DNA of 63,983 bases, counting the filler, from Collodictyon triciliatum (taxonomy: Eukaryota), in assembly GCA_043381765.1 (NCBI GenBank). It is 14 parts of 14 records of this genome, joined end to end, with 100 filler letters (N's around TTAATTAATTAA, not from the genome) between each part and the next. Parts side by side here need not be neighbours in the genome. Positions count along the whole stretch, not along the records: positions 8,505 to 13,620 come from JBHJMP010005470.1; positions 13,721 to 18,835 come from JBHJMP010005471.1; positions 18,936 to 24,048 come from JBHJMP010005472.1; positions 24,149 to 29,261 come from JBHJMP010005473.1; 10 more parts are not named here. The stretch is one strand, 5' to 3'. Below the pieces are notes generated by a model. It saw nothing but the letters and a program-made list of their open reading frames with translations. It was not told where the DNA came from and did not search any database. The translations under genes and the position numbers were made by a program. Positions 13,162 through 27,100 of this stretch are shown piece by piece; positions within the stretch are counted from its first letter, which is position 1; the number at the start of each line of letters is the position of its first letter.

Positions 13162-13620
13162 AAAGTGTAGCGAGGTTATGCCATACAAAGAGGCTAGATA
13201 GGTGCGCATGGGAGAGAGCAAACGCGAGTAAGAGAAGACACTATTGTGGAGAGGCTAGCACTGGAAGGAAGTCAGTGATAGCGAGTTGGTCGGGTGGGCG
13301 TCCCAACTGGTTGATTGGATGCGTGGGTAGCAGGGGTTGGATATGCTGTGGGAGATATCGCACGACACATTCCCGCACCTCTCTTCGCTTGCGGTCAGAG
13401 TAGCGAAGAATGTGAGCGTGTTTCAGCAAGCTGTTCAGGAAGCTGTATTGCACGAGGTTCTCAAGCCTGGATACATTGATTTCTCGTTCGGGTGAATCAT
13501 TAGAGCGAGAGAATGCTCATACACTCCATAAGAACCACAGCATATGTCCCCTTGTGACTGTCCAGAGTATTCTAGAGTCGTGGGTCATTTGGTATTGTGG
13601 GCCAAACAGGATGTCAGACG
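13162..13620 (-). mobile_element. Degenerate 3' end of a non-LTR retrotransposon (L1/Tx1-like ORF2 C-terminus + 3' UTR), cut by the contig end
   Basis: Broken reading SDILFGP...ILWTVT.../LWFLWSV*AFSR...LENLVQYSFLNSLLKH resembles the Trp-rich ORF2 tail; 13162-13178 is identical to 17 nt of the TSD-flanked insertion at 9574-9590. Confidence 0.55.
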
Positions 13621-13720
13621 NNNNNNNNNNNNNNNNNNNNNNNNNNNNNNNNNNNNNNNNNNNNTTAATTAATTAANNNNNNNNNNNNNNNNNNNNNNNN
13701 NNNNNNNNNNNNNNNNNNNN

Positions 13721-14381
13721 CGTCTTCTTTTATTTCTTCTTCTTCTTCTTCTTGTTCAGTTTGTGCAATGTCCATATCACTCGGGGCTGGTCCTTCACTT
13801 GGTGCTACTCCTTGTAAATTTCGTGCGTCTTCATCAAATGGGTATTCGTCTGCTGATTCAAATACATTTTCTTGTTGTTCAGGTGGTGATACTGCTCTTG
13901 AAGGGGCTGCTGTACTAGGCAAACTGTCGGGTTCTTCTGGAACAGTACCTCTCTTGGGTGTGGGTGCCTGAGCTGAAGGTTGTGCCTGAGGGGGTGCCAT
14001 CGATTGCGAGAGGTCTGGTTTTCTCAGTGCTTCAGGAATTTCAGGGATGAACCTAGAAGATTTATTCCATGCTGTAATTAGTTTATTTCTGAGTGTATCA
14101 ATATGAGGGAATTTACCTGGTTCTATACCATAGACACTAAGAAAGTATTGTTCATTGTTATTTGCTAAAGCTGCTTGTTGCGCAGCTTTATAACTCCCAT
14201 ATTCAGTTATGGCGATTTCATTTATAATAGCAGCAGATAGACTTCCGTTGTCGTTTCGTGTACCGTATACAAACTTTTTAATTTCTGGAACTAGAAGTAT
14301 CTGAGGCGATTGGGTCGCTGTTGTATACATCCTTTTAACAAACTCAGTAATTTTTTGTTTTCTCTCCTCTGCTGAGCTCAT
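13721..14381 (-). CDS. Viral hypothetical protein with Pro/Ala/Glu-rich C-terminal region (3' partial)
   Basis: Open frame from MSSAEERKQKITEFVKRMY to the contig end; ATG at 14381 preceded by TCT-N10. Confidence 0.7.
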
Positions 14382-14413
14382 GCTATACCCTAGATTTTTA
14401 TCTGTGCCCCAGT
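14382..14413. promoter_or_regulatory. 32-bp bidirectional promoter-like element between divergent viral ORFs
   Basis: GCTATACCCTAGATTTTTATCTGTGCCCCAGT carries TCT exactly 10 nt before the ATG on each strand. Confidence 0.6.
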
Positions 14414-14773
14414 ATGATTGTAAACTACGCACAACGAGGAGCACGAGGGGTAGGGCGGTTCCTTACTACATCAACTGACAGAGCGATACGACGACTAGAG
14501 GGACTCAACAACGCATATGTGAAACTCGACGATGCCAGCATGGGGTTAGTCGACAATTTATTGACGAGCACCGGAGTGAAGCCCGCCATCCAGACCATCA
14601 CCAACCCCCTGGTCAGCACTATCAAGGCAGCCAATTATCTCGGTAGGGGGCTGAGCACTCTGGGGGACCTAGACATTAAGAAAATGAATACAAAGAGTTT
14701 AGGCTCTGGCATACATGACCTGGGTCAGGCTTATGCGCTGGCCACTCACGGTAGGGAATTGAGATTTAGGTAA
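14414..14773 (+). CDS. Viral hypothetical protein, 119 aa, basic/amphipathic (possible core or membrane-interacting protein)
   Basis: Intronless ORF, TCT-N10-ATG start context, upstream of the MCP gene; function is inference. Confidence 0.65.
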   Translation: MIVNYAQRGARGVGRFLTTSTDRAIRRLEGLNNAYVKLDDASMGLVDNLLTSTGVKPAIQTITNPLVSTIKAANYLGRGLSTLGDLDIKKMNTKSLGSGIHDLGQAYALATHGRELRFR

Positions 14774-14807
14774 ACAATGCAGATCCCCTGTAAATGTCCT
14801 GCAAATC

Positions 14808-15059
14808 CCCCAGAAGAAAATGGGCATTCGGGTATTCCCTTACTTCTTTTAGTCTTGTACCTCTTTGCAAATGTCCTGCAAATCCTTACTTACAAATCTC
14901 TAAAATATAGAAAGTAGAATGATAAATATACCTTACCTTACCCTACCCAATTTTATCTAAGGTAGGGTCAAATAAAAATAGTTTTGGAAGGGCCCTAAAA
15001 GGGGACATTTGCAAGGGACATTTGCAAGGGAATACCCGAATGCCCATTTTCTTCTGGGG
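14808..15059. repeat. Perfect 34-bp inverted repeat (14808-14841 / 15026-15059) with GCAAATGTCC-type short repeats
   Basis: CCCCAGAAGAAAATGGGCATTCGGGTATTCCCTT and its reverse complement, 184-bp AT-rich spacer. Confidence 0.9.
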
Positions 15060-15094
15060 TGCGTTTCAGATAAAATTAATTTCTCGGCATATGC

Positions 15095-16687
15095 ATGGAG
15101 TATCCTAGCGAGGCAAAGTACATGAAGATTCGGAACTATAATGACAAAGTTCTGGCAAGACACACCACCAAAGTAACCCCATTTAATGGCGGAGAATTCG
15201 GCCCTACCCGAGTAGACAGAATCCTGTGGAATATTCCTAGCGAGACTGGCATGGAAATAGACATGGACACGTTGATGATTCACTTTGACGTCACCATTGT
15301 TCCAACAGCGGTGGGTAATGCTGCCACACACGATTATTATTTCAACAACTCGATTGAATCAATTATTCAAGCACTTCGGATCAGGAAAGGCACGTCTTTT
15401 TTACTCGAAGATATTCAAAGATACAATTACCTTGATTCAATGTTTATGAACTACGTGGCGGACGACTACAACAAGTGCGTGGGTGCAGCGACAATGGGAA
15501 TCGGAGATGTGTATGAACGAATCAGGAATCATAAACAAGATCAAAATAACTTGGCTTCTGCTCTAGTTGCAAGAAATTATGCGATACCTCTGCGCCTGTC
15601 AGGAATCAGTCAGTACTCGGGACTAATATCTACGTCCTTGATTGACACCGTCGCAGCGTTTCAAATAGAGATAGAACTAGCCCCAGCTAATCAGTGCCTT
15701 CAGGCTTATGCTTCGACTGTGGCTGAAGCTGCTATAGCTACCATAGGAACAGCCGACTTAACCGCTTCTTATACTGTAAGCAAATGTTATATTTCGTACG
15801 ACCTGGTTCGAATGGCCCCAGAGTATCATGCACAGCTACAGAGCTCAATCAGCAGAGGTGTCCCGCTACAGATTCCCTATAAGACGTGGCGCACTAGTCT
15901 TTACTCTCTTCCCAGCACGACAACATCAAGTATAGTGTATAACATCAACGACACAGTGAAGAGCCTGAACGCGGTCTACGTGGCATTTTTTGATGCTGCT
16001 GAGCAAAATCAGATTACTATTCCAGGTCGAGACAGAAAGCATTTCCCGACTAATTTGAAAACAGCACAACTTCAGCTAGGTTCATTTTATTATCCTCTCC
16101 AGCCAATGGACTGTGAGAATAGGGCGAGCCAAGTTTTTTTGGAAGTTCAGAAAGCAATGGGTCTCACATTTGTGCGCAGTGAATATACAGGGCCGTTTGG
16201 CTTTGACGGCGACGAGTTTACTACACCATACCCGGGTGGTACTTTTGATTTACAAACTGGATTTGCTGCTAATGCACCAGCTCAACGCAGGAGAAACGGT
16301 GTTTCAATATTTGAACCTTACGCTGCACAAGGAGTGAAATTTGGCGCAAATGCTTATGCTGGGCCACTATTGCGTGCAAACAACGATGCACTTGGCACAG
16401 CAGGAGGTGCTAACGCAGCCACAGAGACTGCTTCTTGTGTTAGGTTCATGCGCGAGGCTACACAGAATCCTTGTGAGTTCATGTTAGCATTTAACTTGCG
16501 TAAAGTTCTGGACGTGGCGGAGGGTGAGATAGTGGGTACGGATATCCAGTCTTCCGGCAGCGGTCTGATGAGTTTGAGATTAGAATTCAGTGGGGCAGTT
16601 GGCAAAACTTATAATGTGATCGTGGCTAGTCTGTACGATGCCGTGCTGGAAATCCAGAGCAACCAGCAAACCTTCCGTGTCGAATAA
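15095..16687 (+). CDS. Major capsid protein, double jelly-roll type, Polinton-like virus
   Basis: 530-aa intronless ORF; N-terminal TPFNGGEFGP..ILWNIP..IDMDTLMIHFDV..IIQALRIRKG..LLEDIQRYNYL; central QLQLGSFYYPLQP; C-terminal FMLAFNL..IVGTDI..MSLRLEF..YDAVLEI; this pattern is typical of PLV capsids. Confidence 0.8.
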   Translation: MEYPSEAKYMKIRNYNDKVLARHTTKVTPFNGGEFGPTRVDRILWNIPSETGMEIDMDTLMIHFDVTIVPTAVGNAATHDYYFNNSIESIIQALRIRKGTSFLLEDIQRYNYLDSMFMNYVADDYNKCVGAATMGIGDVYERIRNHKQDQNNLASALVARNYAIPLRLSGISQYSGLISTSLIDTVAAFQIEIELAPANQCLQAYASTVAEAAIATIGTADLTASYTVSKCYISYDLVRMAPEYHAQLQSSISRGVPLQIPYKTWRTSLYSLPSTTTSSIVYNINDTVKSLNAVYVAFFDAAEQNQITIPGRDRKHFPTNLKTAQLQLGSFYYPLQPMDCENRASQVFLEVQKAMGLTFVRSEYTGPFGFDGDEFTTPYPGGTFDLQTGFAANAPAQRRRNGVSIFEPYAAQGVKFGANAYAGPLLRANNDALGTAGGANAATETASCVRFMREATQNPCEFMLAFNLRKVLDVAEGEIVGTDIQSSGSGLMSLRLEFSGAVGKTYNVIVASLYDAVLEIQSNQQTFRVE

Positions 16688-16703
16688 AAATGTTTGTGAG
16701 CAT

Positions 16704-16847
16704 ATGGAACCTGTGACTTTGATTGGACTATTGTTTACCGTGGTGTTGGTGGTAGAGAGGCTGTGGAAGTATACACTGAAACATGTGAAGCGCAGCAAGT
16801 GTTGCGGGAGCGAGGTAGAGTTTGATAAGGGGAGTGATGATGTGTGA
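16704..16847 (+). CDS. 47-aa viral membrane microprotein with KRSKCCG motif
   Basis: MEPVTLIGLLFTVVLVVERLWKYTLKHVKRSKCCGSEVEFDKGSDDV: one TM helix, basic patch, di-Cys; TGT-N10-ATG start context. Confidence 0.65.
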   Translation: MEPVTLIGLLFTVVLVVERLWKYTLKHVKRSKCCGSEVEFDKGSDDV

Positions 16848-17048
16848 TGCTTTGTGATGTTACAATTTAGTATTGCGTACCAAATTGTATCGAGGGCGGA
16901 AGATGGATATATATGGAAAGTGTCCGTTGATGAAGGGTGGAAGGCGGCCGCATATGGAAGGCAGGCGTTAGTTAAGGGTGTAATGTTCTGTGGTCAAGGG
17001 CGGAAGACAGTATATAAAGGACTTAATTTGGCGGGTTGAAAAGGCCGC

Positions 17049-17091
17049 TGTGGAAATTGAAACTCCATAATATATAGTTTCAATTTCCACA
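17049..17091. repeat. Palindrome with perfect 16-bp arms and 11-nt spacer at the virus/host boundary
   Basis: TGTGGAAATTGAAACT-ccataatatat-AGTTTCAATTTCCACA, followed immediately by (AAAC)n. Confidence 0.85.
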
Positions 17092-17260
17092 AAACTAACA
17101 AAAAACAACAAACAAAAAAAAAACAAAAAACAAAACAACAAACAACAAACAAACAAACAAAAACAAACAAACAAACAAACAAACAAACAAACAAACAAAC
17201 AAACAAACAAACAAACAAACAAACAAACAAACAAACAAACAAACAAAACAAAAAAAAAAA
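17092..17260. repeat. (AAAC)n microsatellite
   Basis: Direct inspection. Confidence 0.95.
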
Positions 17261-17304
17261 CTAAAAAGAGAGACCCACTGAGCCAGCCCAGACACAGGCA
17301 CAAG

Positions 17305-18576
17305 ATGGAGCGCCACCTCGCCGTGCATCTGGACGTCAACATGACGGTGACGGCCTTCGACTCGAAAATGGGGTACAGCCCGGCAGTTGTGCTCAACCGG
17401 CACCTCGTGAGCACGACGTGGCTCGCAGCAGAGCACACACAGGGCACTGCCGCACAGAGGGACGCAGACGCCGGGACGGACCACGCGCTTCTGGCCGAGA
17501 GCGGCTTCCGCTTCCTGTCTGACAAGCCCAGCGTCGATCCGCCCGCCGTGCCGCCGCACATGGACCCAAGGACGGTGGGCAGCTTCCACGACTTCATGAG
17601 CCTCTTTGCGCCCATCCGCTCACCCACCGTGTTTGGCACCCGCTCGCGCGGCGAGTGGCGCGACCATTACACACACACAGACTCCCCGGGCGCCCGCTTC
17701 CGCCCCCACTTTGCAGCCCTCCACCACGCGCTGCTCTGGCCGCAAGAGACAGAGGCAGACCCGGACTTTACGTTCCAGCCGCACATCCACAACCACAACC
17801 GCAGCCACAGCCGCAGCCACAGCCACAACCGCAGCCACAGCCACAGCCACAACCGCAGCCACAGCCAGCAGTGCTACCACTTCCTCCTCCCGTCGTTCTG
17901 CTTATTCTTCCTTGACATCATCCGCAGCCCCCGCTCCTTCACAATCGTCCTCCGCACATTCGGCCACGACGGCCAACGAGTCCTCCGCTGCCTCGCCCGT
18001 CTGGCCAATGGCGAGCATCCGCTCTTTCCTCTGCGTCCTGGAGACGAGAAGGCGCCCCTGGCCTTCATCCCCTTTGCGTTCCACCTGCGGCATGAAAGGG
18101 GCGGCAGCGTCGCTCTTGACTACGCGCCCGACGAGCCAAGCTTGATTCCCAAGCATCTGCTCGGCAGGTTCTGCCCGGAGAGCGTCGTCTCTGAGGCCCG
18201 CAAGTGCCGCACGCTGCAGGCGCTCCAACGCATGCCGAGAACTGTGGCTGTTGTGCTTGATGACTACTCCCATTGGAACCGGCGCGGAGGCAAGCAGGTG
18301 GGAGGCAAGCCCCTCTTTGTGGACGAGACCGACGACACTGTCCACCCGCTTTTGTTTGATGACCACATATGGTTCGACCCAGAGGACAGCATCGCAGACC
18401 TTCGCATCCGCAACCCGCAATCCGGCCTCTATGAATCTGTCCACGACCAGATTCCCTACCGGAACATGTACCTTGTTCGGGCTGCGCTCATAGAGTCCGT
18501 CACGCAACCAGACTACTATATGGCCAATATTGCTCGTTGTGAGGAGCGCCGGAAAGAACGGGACACTCAAAAATAG
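17305..18576 (+). CDS. Conserved hypothetical protein, HAD-like motifs, His/Ser/Asn/Arg repeat insert
   Basis: 423-aa intronless GC-rich ORF; LAVHLDVNMTV, FTIVLRTFGHD, GGKPLFVD, LLFDDHI motifs. Confidence 0.75.
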   Translation: MERHLAVHLDVNMTVTAFDSKMGYSPAVVLNRHLVSTTWLAAEHTQGTAAQRDADAGTDHALLAESGFRFLSDKPSVDPPAVPPHMDPRTVGSFHDFMSLFAPIRSPTVFGTRSRGEWRDHYTHTDSPGARFRPHFAALHHALLWPQETEADPDFTFQPHIHNHNRSHSRSHSHNRSHSHSHNRSHSQQCYHFLLPSFCLFFLDIIRSPRSFTIVLRTFGHDGQRVLRCLARLANGEHPLFPLRPGDEKAPLAFIPFAFHLRHERGGSVALDYAPDEPSLIPKHLLGRFCPESVVSEARKCRTLQALQRMPRTVAVVLDDYSHWNRRGGKQVGGKPLFVDETDDTVHPLLFDDHIWFDPEDSIADLRIRNPQSGLYESVHDQIPYRNMYLVRAALIESVTQPDYYMANIARCEERRKERDTQK

Positions 18577-18935
18577 GCAACGCACAATAGCATCCAATTG
18601 TGCGTGTGTGTCCAGAGAAAGAAAGAGAGGGGATATTAACGACCACAGATAAATGAAAAACAAAAATAGAAAACACAAGATAACTTTTTTTTTTTTTAAA
18701 AAAAAAAAAAAGGGGGTATAGCTCTTGCAGCTTTCAAAAAAAAAAAAAAATTGAGCCCATCATTACCAGGCTTCATCCACGAAGGTGCTTGTATGGTGCA
18801 TTTCTGTCGCTTTTTGAGAGATAGAGCGAACCACANNNNNNNNNNNNNNNNNNNNNNNNNNNNNNNNNNNNNNNNNNNNTTAATTAATTAANNNNNNNNN
18901 NNNNNNNNNNNNNNNNNNNNNNNNNNNNNNNNNNN

Positions 18936-22677
<3,742 letters not shown>

Positions 22678-23399
22678 TGTTGGTGTGGTTGGATTCACAT
22701 CCAGATGTCTATCTGCTCAGTCAAGCAGCAACAGCATTGATAATCGATACTCTTCCAGTGCCTTTTTTTTATATATATTTAATGTTTTAAATTACCCAAG
22801 TTATGTTCTGTCTTTTGTCATCTTTCAACTTTTTTTTTGTTCTCTGCAAAGTAAGAAATAATTGTCTTTTCCTCATCCATTCTAATCTTAATTGATGTTA
22901 TAATTTTATCAGGAATAGTGTTGCTGTCATGTCTCCATTTTGTATGAACAAAGAAACAAAAAAATGCTCCTGCAATGTTTGTTGTTTTCATCAAAATCAT
23001 ATGATAAGATGCTTTTTTTGAATAATAGTTCGAAGACACACAAGCATATACGCGCACATACTAATCACTCTACACAGTCCGGTTTTTCGTTACACTTTTC
23101 GTTCTTTTTGTATAACTATCTCATCACGAACGAAACTTTTAATAATAAAGGATAAAGACAGAGTAATTCAAAAATTAAATAGGTCTTATTTCGGTGTGTG
23201 TAGATGAATCCTTTTTTTTTTAAATAAAAGGAATAACAATAAATTATACGTATCTACAAGCATATATAAATGTACCACCATAACATTCTCATCTTTTCTT
23301 CGATTTTTTTTTGTTTGGTTTGTTTGTGTGTTTATTATGCATGCTCGTAGTATAAAAGGAAAATGTATTGCTTGGAAGGTCTTTAAAGGAACGAAATGT

Positions 23400-23864
23400 A
23401 TTTCAAGATATTCTTTAGAGATAAAAATGAAGAGATGATGGGAGCACAGCACAAAAGTTCGTCGAAACTGACTGCATTCACGGACCAAGATAGTCTTTTG
23501 TTTAGACCATTTGGTTTTTGAGAGAGCCGTCGCAAAGCCGTTTGCTGAGTGCCAGAAGAAAAATATGCGTGTTGTTATCCAATAAACTTTGAGTGTAAGA
23601 ATGAGATGAATCGGCGTAGGTCAAACACAACTCCTTCGTACTCAACCTGCAATATATCCTCAGTTTATAGAATAACTAGACAACCCTTCACGCGAATAAA
23701 TAAACTGTTTTTTTTTGTTTTGTTATTGAAACATATCGATAAGACTATGGGAAGGTCGTTCTTGTCCCCTCCTTTAGAACGAAATCTCACCGTATCTTTC
23801 ATGATTAGTTCATCCATCAGCTGTGATATGTCCAGCACAAATACTCTTGAATCCCCTTTCATCT
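23400..23864 (-). CDS. 3' exons of an unidentified gene
   Basis: Short GT-AG-bounded exon-like blocks (..VFVLDISQLMDELIMKDT / VEYEGVVFDLRRFISFLHS); no family recognised. Confidence 0.35.
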
Positions 23865-24184
23865 GAAAGAAACAAGAAATAAATTAGATATTGATGGTCA
23901 AGATAAGGTGATATGCCTTTTTTCATTTCATATCTCTTGTTTCAGTTGGTCAAAAAAAAAAAAAAAAAAAAAAAAAAGTCTCGCATGTGTGGGGAGGGGG
24001 GCATCTACAGGCATTAATGAACAAAACGCAAGGGAAGAAAAAATTTTTNNNNNNNNNNNNNNNNNNNNNNNNNNNNNNNNNNNNNNNNNNNNTTAATTAA
24101 TTAANNNNNNNNNNNNNNNNNNNNNNNNNNNNNNNNNNNNNNNNNNNNCCATCTCACACAAATTAAAAGGAAGAAAAAAACCAA

Positions 24185-27100
24185 CCCGGCACCCAGACAT
24201 TCCTAACTCTTCCAGAGAAGTCATGCACTCGAACCATTCTGAATAATCAGTAATCTGACACAAAAAGTCATGAAGCACATGCGGCCATAATCATAAGTAA
24301 TAAATAGATAATAGTTCAATCGGCGATAAATCATATCGCTTTAATGGCGTAGTCTTTGCAATTAATCAATCAAACGTATTAATAGTTATCAGGTGAGTGA
24401 CATGAATAAAAAAAAAACCTGGTTGTTTGAGAGGTTAAGAGCCTTCAATCCCGTAAACCGACAAATAACCTCAGGCACAAGCTTAAACTATGGTTTTTAT
24501 AAGTAAATAAGCCTGATTTATCATGTAAATTGACTCTCATTTAGTTTCTATCTTTAACCTCATTGCCACTAAGGTTAAGTTTGGCCAGATGTGCCAGCGC
24601 TGAAATTTCTTGAGGTAGATCAGATATCTAGATTGATTAATATTTACAATTTTTGATGTGTTAGCACCCGTTGAGTATAATTATGCATCAGGAATTTTGT
24701 TGTATTTTTTTTCATAGGGTAAAATCAAATAAAAGAGCTTTAAATGACCTGGTTGGTGGATATATCAAGTGATACAATGAGTGTTAACGTGCAGATGGCT
24801 GCAGGAAATGTGTCGAGCTGAAGTGTGTATGCGTTTATAAGTCCACTTTCATTTATGATGCACCATGCCTGCTGTTTTCAGGATATGTATTCCAATATTT
24901 ATATACCTTGTTGTTGCTGATACTCAGATTTGTGAGATTTGTCAAGCTCGATATGTTTGCTGGCAATGCAGATATCTGTTTATTTTATTTTTTAAAGAGG
25001 GGTTAGTTACAATCAATTACTAATGAAATAGATTAACGAATATTGGGAATTTTTCTTTTTTGTAAATGGAAATGAATTTAAAAAAACCTGGTTGGCGGAT
25101 ATATCGAGTGATGCGATGAGTGTTAATGTGCAGATGGCTGCAGGAAATGAGTCGAGCTGAAGTATGTGTGTGTTTGTGAGTCCACTATAATCTATGATGT
25201 GCGACGCATCCTATTACCTTCATATATATTCCAATATTTGTCTACCTTGTTGTTGCTGATGCTGAGATTTGTGAGGTTCGTCAAGCTCGATATGTTTGGT
25301 GGCAGTGCAGATATCTATTATTTACACTTTTTATTTGTTGAAAAGCTGTAATAACAAAAATCAATCACTTGTAAGAGGAATCATACAAACACACGGTGTA
25401 TTTACTTATGAGTCATTATAAACCTGGTTGTTGGAAATGTCAAGTCTTTCGGGTTTGATGGGCAATATGAGCAATTCTCTCGGTACTTCTGTGATGTTTC
25501 GCCCAGATAGAATTATCTCATCGCTATTTGCAAGATCAACAGAGTCTAGGATCTGTTGACTGTGCGACGGAAAAGCGTTGTGCTTTGTGTCCAGCTTCTT
25601 GAGCTTCGTCAATGCGCGCAGGTCAGGCAAAGTGGATATCTATTCATTGAAGTGAGACTTGATTTCTTAGTATACACAACTGGTGAAAAAAATCGCAAGT
25701 AGATCAAATGATGTGTCGCTTAGTGCATGATTCAATTTATCCCGAACTATGTTCTTCGAATCAAACATCAAATGGCTTCTACCTTGTTGTTGCTGATACT
25801 CAGATTTGTGAGATTTGTTAAGCTCGATATGTTTGCAGGCAATGCAGATATCTGTTTATTTTATTTTTTAAAGAGGGGTTAGTTACAATCAATTACTAAT
25901 GAAATAGATTAACGAGTATTGGGAATTATTCTTTTTTGTAAATGGAAATGAATTTAAATGACCTGGTTGTTGCATATATCGAGCGATGCAACGAGTGTTA
26001 ACGTGCATATGACTGTAGGAAATGAGACGAGCTGGAGTGTGGATGTGTTTGTGAGTCCACTTTCATTTATGATATGCTACGCATCCTATTTCCTTTGAAT
26101 ACACACCAATATTTGTCTACCTTGTTGTTGCTGACATTGATATTTGTGAGGTTCGTCAAGCTCGATATGTTTGGTGGCAACCTGGATATCTATTATTTAC
26201 ACTTTTTATTTGTTGAAAAGCTGTAATAGAAAAAAATCAATCACTTGTAAGAGGAATCATGCAAATAAGTGTCATGTTCATTCAAGAGCCATTGCAAACC
26301 TGGTTGTTGGAAATGTCAAATCTTTCGGGTTTGATGGGCAATATCAGCAATTCTCTCGGTACTTCTGTGATGTTTCGCCCAGATAGAATTATCTCATCGC
26401 TATTTGCAAGATCAACAGAGTCTAGAATCTGTTGACTGTGCGACGGAAAAGCGTTGTGCTTTGTGTCCAGCTTCTTGAGCTTCGTCAATGCGCGCAGGTC
26501 AGGCAAAGTGGATATCTATTCATCGAATTGAGACTTGATTTCTTAATATACACAGCTGGTGAATGAATCCGCAAGTAGATCAAAAGATGTGTCGTTTAGT
26601 GTATGATTCAATCTCTTCCAAACTATTTTCTTCGAACCAAGTATCAAATGGCTTCCACCTTGTTGTTGCTGATGCTGAGATATGTGAGATTTATCAAGTT
26701 TGATATGTTTGCAGGCAGGACGGAGAGACCCATTCCGTAAAAGTTAAGTGATTGGAAGCCGACTTGTCTCGCATTTGGAATCCAGCCTGCTGTCATCATA
26801 TCTTCCTCCTTTTTTTATTTCTCAGTTTCTTTAATTTGTGAACAGTCTGTCTCATTTTTATAGCTGTATTTATGCTTTCTGATAAAAAAAGAAAAAGAAA
26901 AAGAAAAAGAAAGGAAGATACTCACAGGGGTTTCATATAGCTGAAGTTTTTTGAGGGCATCTGCAACACTCATCGTGCCTGATGAAGGTTTGTCCGTGTT
27001 CGTATAGCACGGAAGGATTGAAATGCCTCGTGGTGCATTTTTTGTGTTTGTCTGTCCCTTGCTCTCGATGATGAGCGTCTTTAGGTTTGTGAGCGCTGTG

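Larger units (their letters stand above)
13721..17091. mobile_element. Endogenous Polinton-like virus fragment (left part lost at contig end)
   Basis: Four compact intronless ORFs including an MCP-like gene, a shared upstream motif, inverted repeats and an abrupt junction to a host (AAAC)n tract. Confidence 0.75.
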
